Below are positions 1 to 9,155 of a stretch of DNA of 64,000 nucleotides, one piece after another. The stretch comes from an uncultured Pontibacter sp. Lineage in GTDB: Bacteria > Bacteroidota > Bacteroidia > Cytophagales > Hymenobacteraceae. Every line of letters begins with the position of its first letter. The first letter of the stretch is position 1. Both the position numbers and the translations under genes were made by a program. The notes beneath the pieces were generated by a model. It worked only from the letters and a program-made list of their open reading frames with translations, had not been told where the DNA came from and did not search any database. The stretch spans positions 1,319,523 to 1,383,522 of the forward strand of contig NZ_CANMNI010000001.1 in assembly GCF_947499215.1 (NCBI RefSeq). The letters run 5' to 3'.

Positions 1-239
1 TTTTTAGCAATTTCATTTATAGCCTTTACTCTAATTTCAAATGGGTTGCCATCTATATTAAGTACTTCTTTTACTAAATACTTCTGCTCTCCTAACACAT
101 CAGTTAAAGAAGCCACCCCATCATTTATTAAAATTAAATCAAAACTTTTTTCTGATTGACTTGCTACTGAAAATAGAAAGTCTTTAAGAAATGGAATGTT
201 ACTTGGAAAGATAACGGCTACAAGTGCAGTATCAACCAT
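1..239 (-). CDS. glycosyltransferase-like protein, N-terminal fragment (gene runs off the left edge)
   Basis: Reverse-strand ATG at 237-239, open to the window edge. Hand translation MVDTALVAVIFPSNIPFLKDFLFSVASQSEKSFDLILINDG... resembles the N-terminal segment of GT2-type transferases. Lies in a polysaccharide locus. Confidence 0.45.
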   Translation of the reverse strand, partial: MVDTALVAVIFPSNIPFLKDFLFSVASQSEKSFDLILINDGVASLTDVLGEQKYLVKEVLNIDGNPFEIRVKAINEIAK

Positions 240-268
240 TTTTTGCTGATATTAAATTATATATCTTA

Positions 269-910
269 CTAAAGTTGTTTAAGCACTTTCGCAGGAATAC
301 CTACAGCTAATGCATTTGACAGCAAATCCTTTGTTAATACAGCTCCTGCTCCTAGAATGCTATTGTCTCCTATATTTAAATACTGTAATACAGTAGAATT
401 AACACCTAATAAATTTCTATCCCCAATTATGACACCACCACTAATATTAACCCCTGGATTAATTACATTAAAGTTTCCAATTACAGAATCATGACCTACA
501 GTTGAACTTAGATTAAAAATATTGTATGACCCTATCTTTATATCTACAGTAAACACACACCCTGCAGTTATAATATTTCCATTTCCTATTTTTATGGACT
601 TACTACTGCCTGTGAAAGTGGGATGTATTAAATTAGGAAAGTTAAAACCATTATACTTATCAATGATTTCACTGTTCTTCTTAGGGTCACCAATACCGAG
701 GAATAATGCTATATCTTCACTAACGGGGTTATTATCTCTGAGAAATTCAGATTCGTCTAAAACTGGCCATTCTTGACCATCAGCAAATATATTCTTCAAC
801 TGAGGCTCATAATCAATAAAGCCTTTAAAATCATATATACCATGTATATCGAATAATAGCCTCAAAACTTCTTTTGCGAACCCGCCTGATCCAATTATAT
901 ATGCTTTCAT
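269..910 (-). CDS. sugar N/O-acetyltransferase, NeuD/PglD-type (hexapeptide-repeat left-handed beta-helix)
   Basis: 213-aa ORF. N-terminal MKAYIIGSGGFAKEV Rossmann-like segment, then an imperfect hexapeptide-repeat C-terminus (IGxxxxIxxxxxV...). Directly downstream of a DegT aminotransferase. Confidence 0.8.
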   Translation of the reverse strand: MKAYIIGSGGFAKEVLRLLFDIHGIYDFKGFIDYEPQLKNIFADGQEWPVLDESEFLRDNNPVSEDIALFLGIGDPKKNSEIIDKYNGFNFPNLIHPTFTGSSKSIKIGNGNIITAGCVFTVDIKIGSYNIFNLSSTVGHDSVIGNFNVINPGVNISGGVIIGDRNLLGVNSTVLQYLNIGDNSILGAGAVLTKDLLSNALAVGIPAKVLKQL

Positions 911-915
911 AATTT

Positions 916-2073
916 TTATAACCTAACGCTACTCGGAATATTAACTAACCTTTCCTCAATCCACTTGCTTACAGTTAAATCATCATGTAGGCAATCTTGG
1001 AACATCGGCAGCTTATGCATCAACGACCATGCTGGGCGAGACATCACTCCATTACTGTTCACTTCCGTCAAAAATGAATCACGTGCTTCTCTGTCTTTCA
1101 GTAGAATTGAATTTAACCAATAGTTGGCCTTCGCATCTGATTTTTCTGTTACAAATTCTATTCCTTCTACCTCCTCAAAGAAATTTTTATAATTTTCAGC
1201 TAACTCCCGCTTATTTTCTACGAAAGCATCCAACTGCTCCAGTTGGGCGCAAGCCAGTGCCGCATTTAGATTAGGCATGCGATAATTGTAGCCAATATGA
1301 TCGTGATTAAACTCCCAAGCATGCGGCATTTTCGCCTGTGTGGTTAGGTGCTTAGCAAATTTAGCTATACTTTCATCGTTGGTTACGATGGCACCACCAC
1401 CACCACAGGTCACCGTCTTATTGCCGTTGAAACTGAAAGTACCCAACAAACCGAAGTTGCCTGTATGCATACCTTTATAATAGCTGCCCAAAGACTCTGC
1501 TGCATCCTCCACTAAAGGAATATTCCACTTAGCACAAATCTCTGCTATTTGCTCTATCTCACATGGAAACCCAAAAGTATGCATGGGTACACAAGCGGCA
1601 ATCCGGTTTCCTGTTTTGCTGTTTATAGTTACCCCATCTTCTTGCTTCCCGTATTGCTGTAAAAAGCTTTCCAGTTTATCAGCTGACAAGCCCAGTGTCT
1701 TTCTATCTATATCCAGAAAAACAGGCATAGCTCCTATATAACTGATGGCGTTTGCAGTAGCAATAAAAGTCAAATCCTGAGAAAGCACCTCATCCCCTTG
1801 CTTTACACCCGCTACTATAAGTGCCATATGTAAAGCTGCTGTCCCATTTACAGTGGCAATAGCATATTTTGCCCCTGTGATTTCCTGCATCATTTCTTCA
1901 AAGCGATTCACATAAGCGCCAATAGAAGAAACGAAAGTGGAGTCAATGGCATCTGCTACATACTTTTTCTCATTCCCAATAAACCTTGGCTCATGTAGTG
2001 GGATGAAGTCCTGATTCGGAAATTGAGATTTTATATACTGTATGATGTGGCCATACTTAGAAGGCTGCCCCAT
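916..2073 (-). CDS. DegT/DnrJ/EryC1/StrS-family PLP-dependent sugar aminotransferase
   Basis: 385-aa ORF with typical family segments (VNGTAALHMAL, EDAAESLGS, FSFNGNKTVTCGGGGAIV with the candidate PLP lysine). Confidence 0.9.
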   Translation of the reverse strand: MGQPSKYGHIIQYIKSQFPNQDFIPLHEPRFIGNEKKYVADAIDSTFVSSIGAYVNRFEEMMQEITGAKYAIATVNGTAALHMALIVAGVKQGDEVLSQDLTFIATANAISYIGAMPVFLDIDRKTLGLSADKLESFLQQYGKQEDGVTINSKTGNRIAACVPMHTFGFPCEIEQIAEICAKWNIPLVEDAAESLGSYYKGMHTGNFGLLGTFSFNGNKTVTCGGGGAIVTNDESIAKFAKHLTTQAKMPHAWEFNHDHIGYNYRMPNLNAALACAQLEQLDAFVENKRELAENYKNFFEEVEGIEFVTEKSDAKANYWLNSILLKDREARDSFLTEVNSNGVMSRPAWSLMHKLPMFQDCLHDDLTVSKWIEERLVNIPSSVRL

Positions 2074-2111
2074 AAAGAAAGTTCTTAAGTTTGATTATCT
2101 GAAGCAACAGA

Positions 2112-3113
2112 TTAGATATTATAAATGTCAGCTTTGTATTCACGCAGGTTCTCCTTGTTTCTGAACCATTCTATTGTTTCAGTAAGGCCCTCTTCCAAGC
2201 TATACTGCATCTCCCATTTCGTATGACTCTTAATTTTGCCATTGGCACCATACAAACGGAATACCTCGCTTTTCTCAGGTCTCAAGCGAACATTATCCTG
2301 AATAATTTTGGCATCAGGGTTTATTAGATTGATCAGGCTCTGTGCAAGATCACCAACTGTTATCTCAGACTCTGTTGCAATGTTACAGTCTTCTCCTATC
2401 AGGCTATCAGACTTTGCAATCTCGACAAAGCCATTGGCTGTATCTTTTACAAACAGCAAATCGCGTGTAGGCGTCAGATCACCTAGTTTGATCTCGGTCT
2501 TACCCTGCAACAACTGTGTAATAATAGTTGGTATAACAGCTCTGGCTGATTGGCGCGGCCCATAAGTATTGAAGGGACGAACGATCGTGAGTGGCAAGTT
2601 AAAGCTTCTGTAAAAAGAGTCTGCAATACAGTCTGCACCTATTTTTGAAGCTGAATAGGGCGACTGCGGTTGTCTTGGATGCTTTTCATCAATTGGAATA
2701 TACTGGGCAGTACCATATACTTCTGAAGTAGAGGTTACAAGTACTCTCTCAATCCCCAAATCCTTCGCAGCCTGCACGATATTCAGTGTGCCCTTCACAT
2801 TAGTATCAATGTAGCTATCCGGAGAATGGTAGCTAAACGGTATAGCAATTAGTGCCGCTAGATGAAACACTACATCTATATCCTTCATAGCCGTACGCAC
2901 GCCATTAGGGTCCCTGATATCTCCTGAGAAAATTTCTATCTGTGAGAGCTTCTCCTTCGGGAAGTTATCAAGCCAGCCCCAACTGTTAAATGAATTATAG
3001 TATGTAAATGCTCTTACCTGACAGCCCTCATCCAATAAGCGTTCTACCAGATGGCTACCAATGAAACCATCTGCTCCTGTTACTAATACTCTTTTATGTT
3101 TTAACTTAGCCAT
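2112..3113 (-). CDS. NAD-dependent nucleotide-sugar epimerase/4,6-dehydratase (SDR family)
   Basis: 333-aa ORF with VLVTGADGFIGSHL Rossmann motif, YSASK catalytic motif and a YYNSFNSWGWL segment seen in LegB/PglF-like dehydratases. Confidence 0.85.
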   Translation of the reverse strand: MAKLKHKRVLVTGADGFIGSHLVERLLDEGCQVRAFTYYNSFNSWGWLDNFPKEKLSQIEIFSGDIRDPNGVRTAMKDIDVVFHLAALIAIPFSYHSPDSYIDTNVKGTLNIVQAAKDLGIERVLVTSTSEVYGTAQYIPIDEKHPRQPQSPYSASKIGADCIADSFYRSFNLPLTIVRPFNTYGPRQSARAVIPTIITQLLQGKTEIKLGDLTPTRDLLFVKDTANGFVEIAKSDSLIGEDCNIATESEITVGDLAQSLINLINPDAKIIQDNVRLRPEKSEVFRLYGANGKIKSHTKWEMQYSLEEGLTETIEWFRNKENLREYKADIYNI

Positions 3114-3145
3114 TTACTTTATTGCTTTCCGTTGTGACTTTAAAA

Positions 3146-4144
3146 TTATAAAGTAACCTTATCAGCACTCCTTTTATACCAATTATAAGCTATTCCTAAA
3201 CCTACAAGTACTGAAAAAGCTGGGGCATACCCTATTAGATTATTGGCTTTGCTTATATCTGCCAAACTATGTCGTACATCACCCTTGCGCTCCTCTTTGT
3301 ATTCAGGACTTAGCGTTATACCTGCGATTTCTGTAATCCTGTTCCACAGTTGGTTCAATGTGGTACGCTCACCAAAGGCAATATTTACTACCTCGTGTTC
3401 AGCTATACCTTCAGCCAACATGGCCTTGACATTAGCTTGCACGGCATTTTCCACGAAGGTGAAGTCCCGGCTTGTCTCACCGTCCCCATTAATATAAGGT
3501 GTCTTGTTCTCTAGTGCTGCTTCTATAAAAAGCGGTATTACTGCAGCGTAAGGTCCCTTCGGGTTCTGCTTCGGCCCGAAGACGTTGAAGTAGCGCAGAC
3601 CGACGGTGTGGAAGCCGTAGGTCTTGGAAAAAACGCTCGCGTAGAGCTCGTTCACGTACTTGGTCACGGCGTAGGGAGACAGCGGGCTGCCGATCTGATC
3701 CTCTATTTTCGGCAGGCCCGGGTGGTCGCCGTAGGTAGAGGAACTTGCGGCATACACCATTCGCTTAACCCCCGCATCGCGTGCCGCCACCAGCATGTTC
3801 AGAAAGCCGCTGATGTTAACGTCATTGCTGGTGATCGGGTCGTTGATGGAGCGGGGAACAGAGCCCAGCGCTGCCTGATGCGAGACATAATCCATTCCCT
3901 CCAAGGCTCGCTTGCAGGTATCCAGATCGCGGATGTCGCCCTCCATCAGCTCGAAGGCCGGGTTGGACCTGAACTCCTCGATGTTGGCGTGGGAACCCGT
4001 GGAGAAGTTGTCGAGCACGCGCACCTTCCCAGCTCCGTACCTGAGCAGGTACTCGACGATGTTGGAGCCGATGAAGCCCGCCCCGCCCGTGACGAGGAAG
4101 GTGCTCTGGCTTAACTCTGCTGTGTGGTATTTGGTTTCGTACAT
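3146..4144 (-). CDS. UDP-N-acetylglucosamine (or -glucosaminuronate) 4-epimerase, WbpP/TviC family
   Basis: 332-aa ORF with FLVTGGAGFIGSN, SPYAVTKY and a DGETSRDF segment typical of the WbpP/TviC/CapD-like epimerase family. Its 5' two-thirds is GC-rich and its 3' third AT-rich. Confidence 0.85.
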   Translation of the reverse strand: MYETKYHTAELSQSTFLVTGGAGFIGSNIVEYLLRYGAGKVRVLDNFSTGSHANIEEFRSNPAFELMEGDIRDLDTCKRALEGMDYVSHQAALGSVPRSINDPITSNDVNISGFLNMLVAARDAGVKRMVYAASSSTYGDHPGLPKIEDQIGSPLSPYAVTKYVNELYASVFSKTYGFHTVGLRYFNVFGPKQNPKGPYAAVIPLFIEAALENKTPYINGDGETSRDFTFVENAVQANVKAMLAEGIAEHEVVNIAFGERTTLNQLWNRITEIAGITLSPEYKEERKGDVRHSLADISKANNLIGYAPAFSVLVGLGIAYNWYKRSADKVTL

Positions 4145-4241
4145 GTATTGCTTTGCTTATCCGGGTCAAACCACCCCTAGTCCCTCTCCCGAAACAAGTA
4201 CGGGATCTTAGACTTGTCCAAGGAGGGAGATTTTATTTTTA

Positions 4242-5549
4242 TTACAGTCTTGCGTCGGAGAGCTCTTTGGGGAGCACGCCCTTCACGTCGTAGATCACGG
4301 CCTTTTCCTTGCAGAGCCTGCTCAGGTCCAGTGTTTTGAACTCGTTGTGGGAGACGGCCATGATGATGGCGTCGCAGTCGCTCACGCCGTTAAGCTCCTT
4401 CACCGAGTCCCAGCCGTACTCGTGCTTCACCTCAGCGGGCTCCGCCCACGGGTCGTATATGGTGATGTTGGTGTCGTACTCCCTGAGCGTGCTGAGGATG
4501 TCGACCACCTTGGTGTTCCTTACGTCCGGACAGTTCTCCTTAAAAGTAATACCAAGTACAAGGATGTTGGCCCCCTTCACCGGGATGTCCTTCTTAACCA
4601 TGAGCTTGATCACCTCGTGGGCCACATACTCGCCCATACCGTCGTTGAGCCTGCGGCCGGCGAGGATGATCTCGGGGTGGTAGCCGGCCTCCTGCGCCTT
4701 CTGGGCCAGGTAGTAGGGGTCCACGCCGATGCAGTGGCCGCCCACCAGCCCGGGCCTGAACTTGAGGAAGTTCCACTTCGTGCCGGCCGCCTCGAGCACC
4801 TCGTCCGTGTCGATGCCCAGCCGGTTGAAGATCTTGGCCAGCTCGTTGACGAAGGCGATGTTGATGTCGCGCTGCGCGTTCTCGATCACCTTGGCCGCCT
4901 CGGCCACCTTGATGGAGGCCGCCTTGTGGGTGCCCGCCGTGATCACGGCCCTGTAGAGCCGGTCCACCTGCTCGGCCGCCTCGGGGGTGGAGCCGGAGGT
5001 GATCTTGAGGATCTTGGCCACCGTGTGCTCCTTGTCGCCCGGATTGATGCGCTCGGGCGAGTAGCCGGCGAAGAAGTCCTCGTTAAATTTTAAGCCCGAC
5101 ATGCGCTCGAGCACCGGCACGCACTCCTCCTCGGTTACACCCGGGTACACGGTGGACTCGTAGATGACGATGTCGCCGCGCTTGAGCACCTTGCCCACCG
5201 TCTCGCTGGCCTTGTAGAGCGGCGTCAGGTCCGGGCGGTTGTTTTTGTCCACCGGCGTGGGCACGGTCACGATGTAGTAGTTGCAGCCGGCGATGTCCCC
5301 GAGCCTGTGGGAGCAGTAGAGCCCCTTTTCGAGCGGCGCGTTTACCAGCACGGCCCTCAGATACTCGTCCTCCACCTCCAGCGTGCGGTCGTGCCCCTCG
5401 TTGAGCTCCCGCACGCGGCCCTCGTTTATGTCAAATCCAACAGTGGCGTACTTCTTTGCAAACTCAACGGCTAAGGGCAAGCCCACATAGCCTAGGCCTA
5501 TAACGGCAATCTTTGCATTTTCTATACCTGTAGTATCTGTTCCTGACAT
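4242..5549 (-). CDS. UDP-N-acetyl-hexosamine 6-dehydrogenase (nucleotide-sugar dehydrogenase, TviB/WbpO/Cap5O-like)
   Basis: 435-aa ORF with [17 protein letters not shown]-binding motif and [11 protein letters not shown] catalytic-cysteine motif. Very high GC3 except for the first ~40 codons. Confidence 0.9.
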   Translation of the reverse strand: MSGTDTTGIENAKIAVIGLGYVGLPLAVEFAKKYATVGFDINEGRVRELNEGHDRTLEVEDEYLRAVLVNAPLEKGLYCSHRLGDIAGCNYYIVTVPTPVDKNNRPDLTPLYKASETVGKVLKRGDIVIYESTVYPGVTEEECVPVLERMSGLKFNEDFFAGYSPERINPGDKEHTVAKILKITSGSTPEAAEQVDRLYRAVITAGTHKAASIKVAEAAKVIENAQRDINIAFVNELAKIFNRLGIDTDEVLEAAGTKWNFLKFRPGLVGGHCIGVDPYYLAQKAQEAGYHPEIILAGRRLNDGMGEYVAHEVIKLMVKKDIPVKGANILVLGITFKENCPDVRNTKVVDILSTLREYDTNITIYDPWAEPAEVKHEYGWDSVKELNGVSDCDAIIMAVSHNEFKTLDLSRLCKEKAVIYDVKGVLPKELSDARL

Positions 5550-5598
5550 GTTATATTTTCTATTTATGTGTTTTATATGTTTTCTGTATTAACGAAGG

Positions 5599-7953
5599 TT
5601 ACTTCACCAACTTACGAATTTTACTCCCCAGCCCCTTCGACTCCTCCTCATAATAATTACCGTATCCATAACCGTAGCCATAAGAGTAACCATAACTACT
5701 GCTCTTCTTGGCATCGTTCAGCACGATCATTGGGTGCTTGAGTTTACGAGACTTATATAGATCGTCTATGATCTGCAGCTGTTTTTTATGCGTATAATTA
5801 TAACGTACAATGTATAAGCTAGAATCAATGTAAGGAGCTAGTGCCAAAGTATCCGCAACCTGTCCTACTGGAGAGGAATCCAGAATGATGTAGTCAAAGC
5901 TAGCTTTTAATTCATCCAACAGCGTACCAATCTTTGGAAGCAACATTAACTCCGCAGGATTTGGCGGGATAGGGCCAGAACCGATAATGGCAAGCTCTGG
6001 CATTTCAGGCGCAAACTGGATCAGGTCTTCAATCTGTACCGTGTCAGATATCAGATAGTTCGTGATACCAATGTTGTTAGGCAGGTTTACTCCTTGAGTT
6101 AATTTAGGTTTACGCAGGTCAAAGCCTAATACTACCACGCGTTTTCCTGTCATAACCAAACTGGCCGCTAAGTTAAGGCTAAAGAAGGTTTTACCCTCGC
6201 CACTCATACTAGAGGTGATAAGGATTACTTTATTTTCTTTACCTCCGGCAGCAAACTGTAGATTGGCGCGCAAAAGCCTGAAAAGTTCGGCGCTGGAGCT
6301 ACGGCTATCTTCCGTAATGACCAGCATTTTGCCTGACTCATTATGCCCGATTTCGCCCAGAATTGGGGTAGAAGTTGCTTTCTCCACATCACGCAACTCT
6401 TGCACGGTATCATTGAGCATGTCCCGAAGGAAAATGCCTGCAAATGGAATAGCTAATCCTGCTATCAAGGCCATTAAATAAATGTTAGTAGCTAATGGTT
6501 CAACTGGGCTCCCTCCAGCGGTGGCTGGATCGATAACGCGAGAGTTAGAAGGGGTAATTGCCTGTGAGAGGGCTGCTTCTTCACGTTTCTGCAAGAGATA
6601 TAAGTATAATCCTTCTTTTATACCCTGCTGCCGACCGATTACCTGCAAATCACGCTGCATAGAAGGCACTTGACGGACTTGTGACTCGAACTGTCGGGCA
6701 CTTGCTTGCAAATTACGACGGACGATCAAAAGTCCATTTTTAATATTTTGCAGGTTCTCCAGAATGTTAAGGCGTAAAGTTTCTAATTGTGCATTAACAT
6801 TTCGTACCAATGGGTTAGTTTCTGTATTAATTCGTAACAAGCGACGGCGCTGATTTTGCAACTCATTAAAGTTCGCAATAAGGCCATTAAGGGTAGGGTC
6901 TGCTATATCAAGGCTGGTAGGGACTAGCTCAAACTTATTTTCTTCTTTTTTCAGATAAGCCTCTACCGAGTTAAGAATATCCAATCTGATCTCATTCTGA
7001 GTAACTTCCTGATTATACTCATGGGCAGTACTAGAATAAACACCTCCACTGGCAGCCACATCAATCATCTTATTTTCTTGTAGATACTGCACAACCTCTT
7101 TCTCTACATCTGATAGTTCTTGAGTCAGATATACCAATCGATCATCGATAAACTGAATCGTCTTTGTAACAGCTTGATTCTTTTCATTAACTGACTCACG
7201 GTTGTATACTTCAATCAGTTTATTAAGAATATCTTTTCCTTTAGCTGGCACTGGATCAGTCAAACTGAGTTCCATCACAGTGGCATACTCATTCACGCTT
7301 TTAACCACCAAATCTTTGCTATAACGATTGGCCAGTTTGCGCAGGTCATTAAAACGAACCAAAACTCGACGTCCTTTATCATTCGTGATATCTGAGTCTG
7401 CAACTACTGTAAAAGCTCCGTACTTCTTCCTGATTTGCTCACCAAACTTATGCATTGACACTTTATCTTCCCCCTCAAATATGCTGAAGGTATTATTGTC
7501 TTCTACCTCTACTATGAAACTCCGGCCCAAACCGGCAGAATCAAGATTAGCGATGACTACTTTAATTGGGCTTTTCCCACCGTACAATTCAGGTGACTTA
7601 ATACGTCCTTCTCCAAAGTAAGAAACTTCCATACCCAATTCAGAAAGTACACGTTCCATAAGGCCTTTAGATTTGATCACCAAAACCTCATTAGAAAATG
7701 TTTTATTTGACTTCATCAACGCCATATCAGCGAACATCGCACTGCTCGCCAAGTCGGCTCCGCTTTCGTCCTTTATTAGTATGGTTGCTTTAACACTATA
7801 AACAGGAGTGGAATACCGCAAATAGAGATGCGCGGCAGTAAGGGCAAGGGCGACGCCAATCACGAAAAGGTACCAGTAGCGTAGGTATTTCATGATCAAG
7901 CCTTTTATATCTAAAGACTCACTGTTGTCTTCCTGAAAATCGAGTTCGGACAT
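5599..7953 (-). CDS. wzc: polysaccharide co-polymerase / tyrosine autokinase (Wzc/GumC family)
   Basis: 784-aa ORF with an N-terminal Wzz-type transmembrane segment, long coiled-coil periplasmic region, Walker A (SSMSGEGKT) and a C-terminal Tyr cluster (SSYGYSYGYGYGYGNYY). Confidence 0.9.
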   Translation of the reverse strand: MSELDFQEDNSESLDIKGLIMKYLRYWYLFVIGVALALTAAHLYLRYSTPVYSVKATILIKDESGADLASSAMFADMALMKSNKTFSNEVLVIKSKGLMERVLSELGMEVSYFGEGRIKSPELYGGKSPIKVVIANLDSAGLGRSFIVEVEDNNTFSIFEGEDKVSMHKFGEQIRKKYGAFTVVADSDITNDKGRRVLVRFNDLRKLANRYSKDLVVKSVNEYATVMELSLTDPVPAKGKDILNKLIEVYNRESVNEKNQAVTKTIQFIDDRLVYLTQELSDVEKEVVQYLQENKMIDVAASGGVYSSTAHEYNQEVTQNEIRLDILNSVEAYLKKEENKFELVPTSLDIADPTLNGLIANFNELQNQRRRLLRINTETNPLVRNVNAQLETLRLNILENLQNIKNGLLIVRRNLQASARQFESQVRQVPSMQRDLQVIGRQQGIKEGLYLYLLQKREEAALSQAITPSNSRVIDPATAGGSPVEPLATNIYLMALIAGLAIPFAGIFLRDMLNDTVQELRDVEKATSTPILGEIGHNESGKMLVITEDSRSSSAELFRLLRANLQFAAGGKENKVILITSSMSGEGKTFFSLNLAASLVMTGKRVVVLGFDLRKPKLTQGVNLPNNIGITNYLISDTVQIEDLIQFAPEMPELAIIGSGPIPPNPAELMLLPKIGTLLDELKASFDYIILDSSPVGQVADTLALAPYIDSSLYIVRYNYTHKKQLQIIDDLYKSRKLKHPMIVLNDAKKSSSYGYSYGYGYGYGNYYEEESKGLGSKIRKLVK

Positions 7954-7976
7954 TTTATAAAATAGGAAGCGTTAGA

Positions 7977-8768
7977 CTATTTGAATAATTGGTAGAGCAC
8001 GAATGCTGATGAAACAATGCCCGCTGCGAAAGCCCAATTGCGTCGAATAAAGCTTGTTCCTGCCACCTTTGCCTTATCCGGCTCCACGTACACGATGTCA
8101 TTCTGCTGCAGGTAAAAGTATGGGGAGTATAAAGTTTCTTTGCTGTTAAGATTCAAGCGAGCCATGGTACGAACACCTTCTTCTTCTCTGATCACCAACA
8201 CATTGTTCATTTTGCCATAGATGGAAATACCACCTGCCATCGCCAGACCTTCTAGCAAGTTTACGTCTTCATTATCAGCTGGGACCTCCACCACCGTTGG
8301 ACCGGTTTCACCCATCATGGTAAAACGGAAATTCTGTAATCTCACCTTTACAATCGGGTCTTGCACGTATTCGCGAACCTTCAACAGAATAGTATCACGA
8401 ACTTGTTCCGTTGTAAGATTATTTACAGGCATATTCCCAATCACAGGAAAGTCGATAGAGCCTCGGGTATCTACTAAGTAGCCTTCATTCTGGTTACCTT
8501 GCTGCTGTCGTATCATCTGTCCGCCTCCAATACCACCCTCATCCATGATAACACCACGGTTAAAGAGCATATTGGTTTCAACACTAGGCGTGAGCACTTC
8601 TATTGTTAGCAGATCACCCGGCTTAATAGTCAGGCGTTTCATTTCTACCTGTTCGGTAATAAGGGGCTTTTGCTCAAGATCACTGAAATACACAATATTC
8701 CGGGTGCGCAGCGAGGTGCAGGAGGCGAAGAAAAGAAGACTCAAGAAGAGTGCTAGTTTTATTTTCAT
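7977..8768 (-). CDS. wza: polysaccharide export outer-membrane lipoprotein (Wza/BexD/CtrA family)
   Basis: ORF 7977-8813. I place the start at the internal ATG (8766-8768), which gives the lipoprotein signal MKIKLALFLSLLFFASC. Carries a Poly_export-like PGDLL..I..L motif and SLBB-like repeats. Confidence 0.8.
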   Translation of the reverse strand: MKIKLALFLSLLFFASCTSLRTRNIVYFSDLEQKPLITEQVEMKRLTIKPGDLLTIEVLTPSVETNMLFNRGVIMDEGGIGGGQMIRQQQGNQNEGYLVDTRGSIDFPVIGNMPVNNLTTEQVRDTILLKVREYVQDPIVKVRLQNFRFTMMGETGPTVVEVPADNEDVNLLEGLAMAGGISIYGKMNNVLVIREEEGVRTMARLNLNSKETLYSPYFYLQQNDIVYVEPDKAKVAGTSFIRRNWAFAAGIVSSAFVLYQLFK

Positions 8769-8940
8769 ATAGGGTGTAAGCAAATTGCCTGCACGCAATC
8801 GCAACTCAGGCAATGTTTCGTATCAACAGCGGCTGCTATAGGTAGCCACCTTTTGCAAAATTAAGCAAAATGTTTTCAAATACATTTATAATATGGGGTT
8901 AATTATCCCCCCAGCCCCAAAGCTATCAGGGTCTAATAGG

Positions 8941-9037
8941 AACTATCCCCTTGAGGGGATTATAGGGGTGTTGGCGTTTAGTATAAGACTTTCACAACTG
9001 GCTTTACACCCCTGCGGTCCCCTCAAGGGGACAGTTT
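8941..9037. repeat. REP/MITE-like palindromic repeat family A (core TCCCCTCAAGGGGA), inverted pair with 34-bp spacer
   Basis: aactatccccttgaggggattataggggtgt (8941-8971) and its inverted partner acacccctgcggtcccctcaaggggacagttt (9006-9037). The spacer ...gtttagtataagactttcacaac recurs at 16895-16922. Confidence 0.85.
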
Positions 9038-9155
9038 GAATGTCACAATATCAAAAGCTTTACCATTATTGTATGCACAAGTTAGAACCTATTAGCCCTA
9101 GGCATAGGGTATATTTTTCGTACCTTGCATCTCACTACCACAACACGGCTATCCC

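Noticed and set aside
3608-5093. Long ORFs antisense to or off-frame in the epimerase and dehydrogenase genes (3608-4114 +, 3822-4169 -, 3912-4211 +, 4347-5093 + of 248 aa, 4594-4776 -, 4729-4956 +).
   Set aside because: They lie in the high-GC3 patch, where stop codons are rare in all frames. Their translations are Arg/Gly/Ala/Pro/His-rich and low-complexity. The minus-strand frames carry unmistakable SDR and nucleotide-sugar dehydrogenase motifs.
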